This document shows, piece after piece, positions 55,140 to 63,633 of a stretch of 64,000 bases of DNA. Under the pieces are notes generated by a model. It ran no database searches, had not been told where the DNA came from, and was given only the letters and a program-made list of their open reading frames with translations. Source of the DNA: a virus; the IMG/VR virus record IMGVR_UViG_3300037423_000411, positions 69,697 to 133,696 of that record. One strand, given 5' to 3'. The translations under genes were made by a program, and so were the position numbers. Within the stretch, counting starts at the first letter, position 1. The number at the start of each line of letters is the position of its first letter.

Positions 55140-55436
55140 TTACCCCTTGGTCTTCTTCGCAGCAGTCTTCGCCTTCGAGCTGGCCCTCATCTTCTCCCAC
55201 TGAGCCAGCGCCTCGGCAGCACGGTGGTTACCCTTCGCAGCCAGAACCTTGGTGCGCTGCAATGCTGCTGCGATCGCGTGCTCACGGGTGAGCCCGGAGT
55301 TGTCCATGATGTGTACGGCCATATCTTCCACGAACTTGGGGAGACCGCCTTCGTTCTCAACCCAATTCTTCTTCGGCGACCAGTCCAGCTTGCCCTTGGC
55401 GAGCTTCACCACCAGGTTGTCGACAGCTTCGCCCAT
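55140..55436 (-). CDS. Small head-module protein
   Basis: NWVENEGGLP...AIA.A...ALAQWE; GAGGAG SD. Confidence 0.75.
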   Translation of the reverse strand: MGEAVDNLVVKLAKGKLDWSPKKNWVENEGGLPKFVEDMAVHIMDNSGLTREHAIAAALQRTKVLAAKGNHRAAEALAQWEKMRASSKAKTAAKKTKG

Positions 55437-55478
55437 GACAGCTCCTCAGATCGGCAGTTCTACCATCTGAGGATCGGC

Positions 55479-56159
55479 CTAAGTGATCTCAAGCTCGCAG
55501 GCACAGCGCGGGTGGAGAGGAGGTCCGATGAGCGCCTGAAAGCTCTTCCAGTCGGCAACCACGAAGACGTCGCCTACAGGAATCGTGGTGCCGTCAAGAT
55601 CGATACACCGGCTGCAGCTGTTCGAGAGCGGATTGCGCTTCCAGGTCTTCGTGGCTGTCTCCGGGAGACCGTGCAGTTGAGCCAGCGACGTAGCCCGCTT
55701 ACCGGAGTACTCCACAGCGAACTCGGCACGCCGTACAAGGTCGTCTGAGAGCTTCTTGAGCCGATCGGAGAGCTGGTCTCTCGGCCCTTTGGCAATCGCC
55801 TGACGTAGGCGTCTGGGAGCTGTGACGGTGTTCTGCCGGACGTTGTCAAAGATCTCGTTCAGGTCGTCTTCAGGAAGCAGGAGATCCCCGGCAGCCTCAT
55901 ACCAGGCTTCGCGTACGGCGGCGAGAGTCTCGGCTCCTGCACGGGCAAAAGGCCACGTCAGGGCCTCCTTGATGTCAGGTCTCCTGAGGATCTGACTCAT
56001 AGGCTTGGTGGGGTTGTTCTGCACCACCAAGATGACGTGGCCTACCGCGTCGTTCAGAGCGTCTTTCCAGGCCTGACCGGCGTTGTAGTTAGCTGCGAGA
56101 GCCAGAAGGTCCAGAGCTGTTCTTACTGACTGCGGCAACGATGTCACGGTATTGTGCAT
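55479..56159 (-). CDS. MuF/SPP1 gp7-like minor head protein
   Basis: KTW....SCSRC.DLDG...PPLHPRCAC signature. Confidence 0.8.
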   Translation of the reverse strand: MHNTVTSLPQSVRTALDLLALAANYNAGQAWKDALNDAVGHVILVVQNNPTKPMSQILRRPDIKEALTWPFARAGAETLAAVREAWYEAAGDLLLPEDDLNEIFDNVRQNTVTAPRRLRQAIAKGPRDQLSDRLKKLSDDLVRRAEFAVEYSGKRATSLAQLHGLPETATKTWKRNPLSNSCSRCIDLDGTTIPVGDVFVVADWKSFQALIGPPLHPRCACELEIT

Positions 56160-56361
56160 CGTCCAGGTCGCCTTTCATGTACGCCAGCGAGACCTCATCG
56201 AAGGTCTCCGGAACAACCTCGGTGTCCGGGTCCTCTGCATCCGCTTGCAGGAGTGCCTTGCCGGTCGGAGGCTTCGGGCCAGGCTTGACCAGCGCAGCCA
56301 CTGCAGCCGCATCCACCTTGCCCGCCTTGAACGACATCAGGGCAGTGCCCAGCTTCGACAT
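56089..56361 (-). CDS. Small protein downstream of the zeta toxin (candidate antitoxin)
   Basis: AAGGAGG SD before ATG 56361; acidic TFDEVSLAYMKGDLDDAQY motif. Confidence 0.65.
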   Translation of the reverse strand: MSKLGTALMSFKAGKVDAAAVAALVKPGPKPPTGKALLQADAEDPDTEVVPETFDEVSLAYMKGDLDDAQYRDIVAAVSKNSSGPSGSRS

Positions 56362-56390
56362 CTCCACCTCCTTCGGTTTCACTAGCAGTA

Positions 56391-56410
56391 TAGTTTACGG
56401 TTGTCAACTA
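56391..56410 (-). promoter_or_regulatory. Operator palindrome containing TTGACA
   Basis: TA-GTTTAC-GGTT-GTCAAC-TA at the zeta stop; -10 box unclear. Confidence 0.5.
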
Positions 56411-57819
56411 GTCAAAGCGACCAAATCTCTTAGTCGCTGGACGGCCAGACCGATCTTGTCGGACGCTGCCGCAGAAGTCTTCGAACCGGCCTTGCCTTCG
56501 AGCTGACCCTGCGAACCGCTCTTACGCGGCGTGCGACGCTTCTTGTCGTCTACCAGCTGTGGGTCACGTCCATGTACGGAGTTGTCGTAGATAGACCAGT
56601 CGGAGAACTCGTTCACCACCGTCTCGAACGCCTCACGGTTGGTAGAGCTGTGCGTCTTCGACACGTTCTCGCGAATGATCGCCGGTGGCACGTACCGCCC
56701 ACCGTTGCCCTTACCCTCCAGGAACTGCTCCAGGCCACGGCGGTAACGCGCCATCGCTCGCTCGACCGACGTCTCCACCGGGATGTCAACGAAGACTCCG
56801 TCGACCGAGTAACCCTTGTCCTTGAGGTCCTTGATCTTGGCCTGCGTCTTCCGCGTCGCACCGGACATCGTGATGTCCCACATGACGTTGATGCCTTCGT
56901 CCTGCGCGATCGCAGCCAGCATCTTGGTCACATGCGAGGACTCCTCGTGCAGCAAAGCTGACATCTCCATCGGAGAGTAGCCCTCAGCCTTCGGCGCGAG
57001 ACCTCGATTCACCAGCTCTTCCTTGATCTCGTCAGGGTTGAGGGTCAGGTACTGCGAGGTATCGATACCGGCGAATTTCGTCAGCACCGTGGTCTTACCT
57101 GCACCTCCGAGCCCGCCAGCCATCACGGCTTTGTGGTCCTTCGGCACATGAGCATGCTGCTTGAGAATATCGTCCACAATCTGACGGTGGAGCTTCGCCC
57201 GTTCATCGGTCCAGACCTGCCGAGACGGGTCCACCGTGTGCAGAGCGTCCGTACTCTTGCCCTCGGCACTCAACCGCGCGATGGTGTCCTGCAGGTCTTT
57301 CTGGCGCTTCTCGAAGTCGGCGTCAGTGAGTTCATGCGGTGCACGGCCAACAGACTTCTTGAGGTCAGTCTTCGTCACCGACTTCGCAGCAGTAGGCCGC
57401 TTCTTCGCAGCTTCGGCAGCCTTCTTGACGCGCTCGATCTTCGCCTTGGCCTTCTCCTTGTCAGGAGTGACCTTGTGCCCGGCCTGCTGCAGCTTCTCGA
57501 CAGCCGACTTCGTCTTGCCCGTCAGAGGTGCCTGAACCTTGAACCCAGCCCTCTCGGCCGTGCTCTTGGCGTCGTTCAGCTCCTTCTTGGTAGGAGGCGG
57601 GGCAGGCTTGGCCTTCGCCGTGGCCTGAGGCACTCCCTGATTCGGCACCGAGCGACCCGCGCCGTACGAACCTGCCTGAGCTGCGACCTGCGGACGTCCT
57701 GGCAACCGCAAAAGATCGGAGTTCAGATTGCGCTTCTGGTGGTATGCCTGAACATCGATGACCTTGCCGGTCTTCGTCGTCCTCTTGTAGCTCTTGACTC
57801 CGACGACCTTCTCAGGCAT
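56404..57819 (-). CDS. Zeta-toxin (PezT-like) P-loop kinase domain protein with basic N-terminal extension
   Basis: AGGLGGAGKTT, LNPDEIK, HEES, WDITM, ERAMARY...GGRYVP, YDNS; ATG 57819 overlaps the portal stop. Confidence 0.85.
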   Translation of the reverse strand: MPEKVVGVKSYKRTTKTGKVIDVQAYHQKRNLNSDLLRLPGRPQVAAQAGSYGAGRSVPNQGVPQATAKAKPAPPPTKKELNDAKSTAERAGFKVQAPLTGKTKSAVEKLQQAGHKVTPDKEKAKAKIERVKKAAEAAKKRPTAAKSVTKTDLKKSVGRAPHELTDADFEKRQKDLQDTIARLSAEGKSTDALHTVDPSRQVWTDERAKLHRQIVDDILKQHAHVPKDHKAVMAGGLGGAGKTTVLTKFAGIDTSQYLTLNPDEIKEELVNRGLAPKAEGYSPMEMSALLHEESSHVTKMLAAIAQDEGINVMWDITMSGATRKTQAKIKDLKDKGYSVDGVFVDIPVETSVERAMARYRRGLEQFLEGKGNGGRYVPPAIIRENVSKTHSSTNREAFETVVNEFSDWSIYDNSVHGRDPQLVDDKKRRTPRKSGSQGQLEGKAGSKTSAAASDKIGLAVQRLRDLVALTS

Positions 57820-59347
57820 TGGCTTCCTCCATACCGGCGAGGTCTTCCTCGACGTGACGCTCAAGAAGCTTCTGAGCCAGATCAACCAACTCGTCAATGT
57901 CCGCCGTACGCGAGGCGGCTACCAGCTGAGGCTGCGGTGCCTGCTGGCCTCCCCCGGCCGCACCAGGCGGACCCTGAGGCGGCTGCGGGTTCTGCGCGGC
58001 CTGCTGAGCTTCGGCCTGTGCTTGAGCCTGAGCCTGCTTCGCAGCTTCCTCTTCACGCTTCGCGATCTCGTCGTAGTCGATGTCCAGACCGAAGTCAGCC
58101 GCGAGCTTCATCTCCATCTCACGCACGAACTCAGGCGTGCAGTTCAGAATCGAGGAGTTGACCACGGTCATGAAGATGTCCTTGATCGCCTCCTTCGCAG
58201 AATCTGCCATCTTGCCGAACTTGAACACCGGGTACTTCTGCGTACCGAAGTTCCAGTCGATGTACTTCGGCATCAAGTGGTACGTCCACGACTCCGCGAT
58301 CTCGTTCATGATCGCCTCGATAGACATCACGAACATGTCGGCCTGAGGGTCAGTCTTGGCCACGTCCACCAGCGCCGGGCGGTCCTCGTTGTCGATGAAT
58401 CCGCCCAGCACGGAACGACTCATCATGTGGTTGTGGTGGTCGATGAGCTTCAGGAAGTCGAAGGCTGCCGTGTTGTTGTGAAACTCGACCTCGTACCCGT
58501 CCGGGTAGGTCATCGCCGTGTTGAAGGCGAAGTCAGCCAGGCTCTTCTTGAACTGAGCCAGCTCGTTCTTGTCGTAGCCCTTCGGCACCTTTCCGGAGCG
58601 TCCCGGAATAGCGGCGAACTGTGCCGCGAGGTGCGCGATGTAGTAGAGCTTGCGCTTGATGTCGTAGTGCTGCCACGCGGACTCGAAGACCGAGACACCG
58701 TAGAAGGGGTTCTCCTCCTCGTTGGCCGCGTAGTACCAGACCTTCTCCTTCGGGATCACCACGTCGATGGACTTGCCGCCCAGAGAAGTGATCTGACGTA
58801 CGCCGTCGAAGCCACCCTGCTTGTCGATGCGGAACCGCACCGTACGGCTGTCCCGGTAGGCGAGCTTACGCAAGGTGATCTTGCCCTTGAGAGGACCGTC
58901 CGTAGGGACGTGACGGACTTCCTCAAAGACGGAGTAACCGTCGCCCAAGGCAAGCAGCGTGTTCCGGAGGATCTTGGTCAGAGGCGTCGACATGCCACCG
59001 CTCTGCGGAGGCGTGTTGAACATCAGGTTGGCGAACTCGGTTTCCTTCTCGGCGCCGCCTTCCTCAGGCTCTACCCACTCGGCCGTCTGCAGTGCCGCAC
59101 GGATCGGCAGAGTGAGAAGGCGGAACAGAGCACGTGCCTGACCGTCCTTGCGGCGCATCTCGACAAGATTCTCAATCGAGACGAGACCGAACCGGGGGAT
59201 CTCGCCAGTGGTCGACCCCAGGTAGGCGTCGTAGGTACCACCAGGAAGAGGAGTCGTAACACCGAACTCGGTACCAAGCAGTGGGTCCGCCTTGGGCTCG
59301 GCCATCTTCTTCGTCTTCGCCAGCGCTACGACATTGGCGTCACTCAA
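57812..59347 (-). CDS. Portal protein (Mu gp29/DUF935-like)
   Basis: After terminase; EMRRKDGQ, GYSVFE, NPFYGVS, LIDHHN.MM, KYIDWNFG...YP.FKF. Confidence 0.88.
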   Translation of the reverse strand: MSDANVVALAKTKKMAEPKADPLLGTEFGVTTPLPGGTYDAYLGSTTGEIPRFGLVSIENLVEMRRKDGQARALFRLLTLPIRAALQTAEWVEPEEGGAEKETEFANLMFNTPPQSGGMSTPLTKILRNTLLALGDGYSVFEEVRHVPTDGPLKGKITLRKLAYRDSRTVRFRIDKQGGFDGVRQITSLGGKSIDVVIPKEKVWYYAANEEENPFYGVSVFESAWQHYDIKRKLYYIAHLAAQFAAIPGRSGKVPKGYDKNELAQFKKSLADFAFNTAMTYPDGYEVEFHNNTAAFDFLKLIDHHNHMMSRSVLGGFIDNEDRPALVDVAKTDPQADMFVMSIEAIMNEIAESWTYHLMPKYIDWNFGTQKYPVFKFGKMADSAKEAIKDIFMTVVNSSILNCTPEFVREMEMKLAADFGLDIDYDEIAKREEEAAKQAQAQAQAEAQQAAQNPQPPQGPPGAAGGGQQAPQPQLVAASRTADIDELVDLAQKLLERHVEEDLAGMEEANA

Positions 59348-59364
59348 GACCGTCTCCTCTCAGT

Positions 59365-61308
59365 TCAGAAAGAGGATCGGCTCACGCCGAAGTCCTGCGG
59401 CGACAAAGTCATCGAACCTTCAATCGAAAGATCGCCCATCCCGGAGCGCATCAGGAACGCGTCCGGCATCGGAGCGTCGGCCCGCTCAGGCTCATCGGAC
59501 TCATCGCCACCGACCAACACAGCTCCCACCACAGAGCCTGCCAGCGCGTCGGACATGTCCTTGCTGCCGTCAGGTGGGTGATCGACCTTGCCGTTCGGGA
59601 GCAGGTTCAGCTGCCGGATTTCGTCCACAACAGGCTCGTGCCAGTAGCCGATCAACCGACCGTCGTACATCGTGTCTCGTAGCGTCTCGTAGCCATGCGT
59701 GTTGGTGTCGAGCGAGAAGCGCTCAGCTTCCAGACCACGCGCCACGAGCTGCTGAATTGTGTCTTCGGAGGCGAACCTGTCGAAGGTCACGCGGTCAATG
59801 GCGAACCCACGGCGGATGAGTTCGTAGATCAGCTTGCGATACCAGCGGATCTGGACTTCCAGAGGAACAACCTTGCCGTCAGGGGTCACAGCAGCCGCAT
59901 TCGCCTCGAAAGCCGTGACGAAGTCGACCTTGACCAGTGGACGCGACTCCATCGTGGTGTCACCGTCAGCCTTGGTCCAGATCCGACGTTCCCAGTTCTG
60001 CACGTGACTCATAGCGACGCCTGCGCGGTCACCGGTGATTGCCATGTCCCCATGCAAGGCGTACAGAGCGCCTCGGTACGGTACGAAGTCGGCCGCAAAG
60101 TGGAAGCGGACCTGCCAGCCAGGACGCGGCCTCAGCTGCCCATAATCTGCCTTCTCCCAGTTATCGTGATCTTCGATGCCCCAGTAGTACTCGATGGTGA
60201 TCGGAGGAATGTTCCGCTGGTCGCTAAAGGCTTCGAAGATCGCGGTGTCGTTGCTGAAGAACCGGTTCTGCGCGACGTCCGGATCACACTCGTACTTCGC
60301 CCGCGCAAAAGCCGGGTTCAGTCGGTAGTCCTTCAGAATGGCCGGAACCTTCGGCACAGGCTCACCTGCACCTGCAACCTCGACCCGAGGAATACTGTCG
60401 TAGCGCGGATTCGCGTCCCAGGTCTTGATCGGGCCTGAGAAGTAGTACACCGACTCTTCGCCATTGGCCTCGACGTCCATCTTGGCTTCGGCCGTGGCCT
60501 GCTGAATCGCATCGCCTTTGTACCGGGGATAGCTGATCTGTCCGAGCTTGTAGTTGTACGGGAACCGAGATGTTGCCGACGAACGAAGCATGTCCAAGAT
60601 GCCCTCAGCCGTCTTCGCAGGAGGACGGCCAGTCTTGGACAGCATGACCTCGGAACCGGTCGGGAAAGCGGAGATCTCGTCGGCAATCGCCGCGATGAGG
60701 TTCTTGCCTTCCAGCGATTCGGCCTCCGAGTGACCGGAGATCAGTTCGATGCGCTTGTGGAATCTGATCTCTTGAGCCATCGGGCCTGGTCGGGTCTCGA
60801 ACTTGTCAGCGAACCAGGAGGACTCCGTCAGCAGAGTCCGAAGAGGCTTGAAGAAGACACCATGCGCCTGCGGAGCTGACTTCGCCACGTTGAGCATGTG
60901 GAAGATCGTCTGGTGCGCCATCCCGTAGTAGTCCTGCGGACTCTTCAGGCAGAGCAAGATGTTGCTCACTCGCGCGAAGGACATCTGACAGACGTGGTCC
61001 TTGCCACCGCCCTTCCCCCACTGAGCCGACAGTTCGTTGACGAACCGTACCGGCATCCATTCCTCACCGAACTCTTCGACCATGAGGATGTAGGTCTCAG
61101 GCATGAGGACCTGCTCGAAATGCCGTACGAAATCGTACTGAGGCACCGACAACGGCGGGTTGTTCAGGAACTTCTTGTCCTGCACAAACCGAGTGAGAGG
61201 AGGAGGCTCCTCTTCGAAGATCAGGGACAGCGCCGAAGTCGAGGTGTCATCCTCAACCTCCCACTCGTTACGGAGCATGTCCGCGAGTGAGCGCTTGGAG
61301 GTCGTCAA
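59365..61308 (-). CDS. terL: Terminase large subunit
   Basis: Walker A GKGGGKD, IADE, ISYP, HGDMA, TFD, VDHP.DGSKD.SDA. Confidence 0.9.
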   Translation of the reverse strand: MTTSKRSLADMLRNEWEVEDDTSTSALSLIFEEEPPPLTRFVQDKKFLNNPPLSVPQYDFVRHFEQVLMPETYILMVEEFGEEWMPVRFVNELSAQWGKGGGKDHVCQMSFARVSNILLCLKSPQDYYGMAHQTIFHMLNVAKSAPQAHGVFFKPLRTLLTESSWFADKFETRPGPMAQEIRFHKRIELISGHSEAESLEGKNLIAAIADEISAFPTGSEVMLSKTGRPPAKTAEGILDMLRSSATSRFPYNYKLGQISYPRYKGDAIQQATAEAKMDVEANGEESVYYFSGPIKTWDANPRYDSIPRVEVAGAGEPVPKVPAILKDYRLNPAFARAKYECDPDVAQNRFFSNDTAIFEAFSDQRNIPPITIEYYWGIEDHDNWEKADYGQLRPRPGWQVRFHFAADFVPYRGALYALHGDMAITGDRAGVAMSHVQNWERRIWTKADGDTTMESRPLVKVDFVTAFEANAAAVTPDGKVVPLEVQIRWYRKLIYELIRRGFAIDRVTFDRFASEDTIQQLVARGLEAERFSLDTNTHGYETLRDTMYDGRLIGYWHEPVVDEIRQLNLLPNGKVDHPPDGSKDMSDALAGSVVGAVLVGGDESDEPERADAPMPDAFLMRSGMGDLSIEGSMTLSPQDFGVSRSSF

Positions 61309-61548
61309 CTAGACCTCGGAGTTACCTACGCTGGCCGCGATGTCTGCGAGATCGTCGTCCGTCAACTGAGGGAAGTGGTCCTTCAGGAGCTTCGCCAACC
61401 GCTCGCCTTCGCTGCGAACGTACGCACGGTGGTCAGGTCCGTCGCCCTTACGCACGTGAGCACGAACCTCCTTTCCGTTGCGTGTGTAGCTACGGACCTT
61501 CTGAGTAGCCGTCAGCTCAACCAGCTTCTCGATATGCTCACCCATCAC
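61309..61548 (-). CDS. Small protein with VRSYTRNGKEVRAHVR motif
   Basis: GTGA overlap; abuts terL. Confidence 0.65.
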   Translation of the reverse strand: MMGEHIEKLVELTATQKVRSYTRNGKEVRAHVRKGDGPDHRAYVRSEGERLAKLLKDHFPQLTDDDLADIAASVGNSEV

Positions 61549-61991
61549 AGACCCGCGCTTTCCAGCTCGCTGAGCAGACGCTCCTGAATCTCCTGCTTGA
61601 TCTCCTGCGGCATGCCCTTGACCGCCGTGACCACCGCGTGGTGAACCGAGACCAAGATCTGCTCACGTAGAATCTGAATACTCTCAGCTGCTTGGCGCTG
61701 CTTGCGAAGATCGGCCGCCATCGTCACCCAGAGCTGGAACAGCTCCTTGTAAGCACGACTGTTCTCGAACGCGTTGGTCTCTTCCTTGTGCCGGATGAGG
61801 ACGTAGAGAAGAGCAATGCGTTCGATCAGCATCAGCTCCAGCGTGTCAGCGTCCGTGTTCTCTTCCTTCAGCCGTGACACGACTTCCTGGTAGATCATCT
61901 GCAGGGGAATTTCGATGCCCAAGGCGTCGAAGTTCTGTGCCCAGAAGGCAGGCGGCAGGGCAGACTTGGCGGCGTATGGGTTGCTCATCAC
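61545..61991 (-). CDS. Probable terminase small subunit
   Basis: Helical 148 aa, two genes upstream of terL. Confidence 0.5.
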   Translation of the reverse strand: MMSNPYAAKSALPPAFWAQNFDALGIEIPLQMIYQEVVSRLKEENTDADTLELMLIERIALLYVLIRHKEETNAFENSRAYKELFQLWVTMAADLRKQRQAAESIQILREQILVSVHHAVVTAVKGMPQEIKQEIQERLLSELESAGL

Positions 61992-62371
61992 TCACCTACC
62001 AGCAACTTGAGCTTGTTGACGGCCGGTCCCTGAGGATTCTCCCAGATGGCGTCCTGAGCGGACAACGGAACGTACTCCTGCTTCACCAGCTGACGAGCGC
62101 CGAACGTGACGTTGCTGGTCTTCTCGTCCACCGTGTAGGGGATCTTCCAGTACTGATTCGTCTTCCGGAGATTCTCCGCATCCACGATGATGTAGTCGTT
62201 CCAGACTTCCTTGACATAGGAGTACATGTCGACGGAGTCATCATCGACAGACTGCCACGCCTCGCCTGCCGCCAGACGAGCGTCACGCATCGCCTTGCGC
62301 GCGGCACGCTGCTGGTTTTCCCAAGCGTTGCGCACGGCATCCACGTTGAAACTCATCGACAGCTCCTCCAA
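61988..62371 (-). CDS. Hypothetical head-module protein
   Basis: YVKEVWNDYIIV...YWKIPYTV...VTFG...V..EYV; GCCGATCC element upstream. Confidence 0.65.
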   Translation of the reverse strand: MEELSMSFNVDAVRNAWENQQRAARKAMRDARLAAGEAWQSVDDDSVDMYSYVKEVWNDYIIVDAENLRKTNQYWKIPYTVDEKTSNVTFGARQLVKQEYVPLSAQDAIWENPQGPAVNKLKLLVGE

Positions 62372-62398
62372 GTAGACCTAACGCCTACTGGATCGGCG

Positions 62399-63565
62399 TC
62401 ACCCGGCGAGCAAACCACGCAGTGTGCCGATGTCTACCTTCTGCTGAACCGGCTCCGGAGCACGAGGAGCTGCCGCCTTCTGCGGCATCGGTGCGGCCTG
62501 AGCGCGCGTCTTCAGTGCCTCGGTGATCAAGACGAACGCCATCTCCATAGACGCACGCTGGTCGAAGTCGAGCGCCTTGACCCGATTCCTGAGGTCCCAC
62601 AACACGGCAATGGTCCGTGTAAGCGCGATCTGATCTACCTCACCGGCCAGGAGCTTCCGTGAATCGATCTGCTCTTTGGAAGCGTCAGGAGTGCCGCCTG
62701 CCTTGAGGATGAGCAGATCCCGTACCAGGAGCACGAGCTGGCTCGTCATCTCAACGGCGTCACCGGTACGGCGGAACTGCTGCTCGATGATGCGCGAGCC
62801 TCCGATCAGATCACCTCGGATAGCGGCCTTGAGGAGGTCCTCGCTGACGTCCGAGACACCTTGCAGCTCGTTGTATCCGTCGACGGTCTGGATGCCCATG
62901 AGGTCAATCTGGCCCAACGTCATGACGGCATCACGCAGACCGCCTTGCGATCGGTTGGCGATTTCCAGCAACAGCGCGTCCTCAGCCTTGATCTCTTCCT
63001 TCTCTGCGATCTGCTTCAACCGGCCGAAGATGTCGGCGGGAGAGATGCGACGGAAGTCGAACCGCATCGCGCGGGACTGCACCGTGTCCAGAATCTTGTC
63101 GACCTCGGTCGTGAGAAGGATGAAGAGCGTGTTCGGCGGGGGCTCCTCCAGCAGTTTCAGCAGACTGTGGAAAGCCTCCTTGCTCATGCTGTGTGCTTCG
63201 TCCAGCAAAATGACCCGCCACCGACCGGTGTGCGAGTAGAGACAGAGGTCCTTGATCGATCGCATCTCATCGACGCCACCGTTGCTCGCTGCATCGATCT
63301 CCAGCACCGTGACCGAGTTCGCCTGTTGCACCGCGAGACAGCTCTTGCACTCACCACAAGCATCTCCGGTGCGCTCCTGCTCACAATTGAGAGCCGCTGC
63401 CAGAATGCGAGCTGACGTCGTCTTACCGGTGCCGCGTGGCCCTCCGAAGATCAGCGCCGGGGGCACCTTCTCGGTCTTCACCATCTCTCGCAGGAAGGGC
63501 CTGATGTGCTTCTGCCCCACTACATCTGCAAACGTCACCGGCCGGTAAGAGAGCGTCAGAGTCAT
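62399..63565 (-). CDS. dnaX: DNA polymerase III gamma/tau clamp loader subunit
   Basis: YRP.TF.DVVGQ, GPRGTGKTT, Cys4 Zn module, EIDAAS, LDEAH, LKLLEEPP, GGLRDA; AAGGA SD before ATG 63565. Confidence 0.93.
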   Translation of the reverse strand: MTLTLSYRPVTFADVVGQKHIRPFLREMVKTEKVPPALIFGGPRGTGKTTSARILAAALNCEQERTGDACGECKSCLAVQQANSVTVLEIDAASNGGVDEMRSIKDLCLYSHTGRWRVILLDEAHSMSKEAFHSLLKLLEEPPPNTLFILLTTEVDKILDTVQSRAMRFDFRRISPADIFGRLKQIAEKEEIKAEDALLLEIANRSQGGLRDAVMTLGQIDLMGIQTVDGYNELQGVSDVSEDLLKAAIRGDLIGGSRIIEQQFRRTGDAVEMTSQLVLLVRDLLILKAGGTPDASKEQIDSRKLLAGEVDQIALTRTIAVLWDLRNRVKALDFDQRASMEMAFVLITEALKTRAQAAPMPQKAAAPRAPEPVQQKVDIGTLRGLLAG

Positions 63566-63633
63566 CGATCTGTCCTTCGGTGAGAGGTGAGGCGGATCAT
63601 CTATGAGGTGACACGATTGCAATGGCCTCAGCT

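Noticed and set aside
8184-59581. Long plus-strand ORFs (e.g. 8184..9395, 24598..25542, 26844..28142, 33785..35308, 43802..44965, 46148..47263, 57794..59581)
   Set aside because: They are antisense shadows of well-supported minus-strand genes; biased GC-rich codon usage removes stops on the opposite strand, and they contain no recognisable motifs
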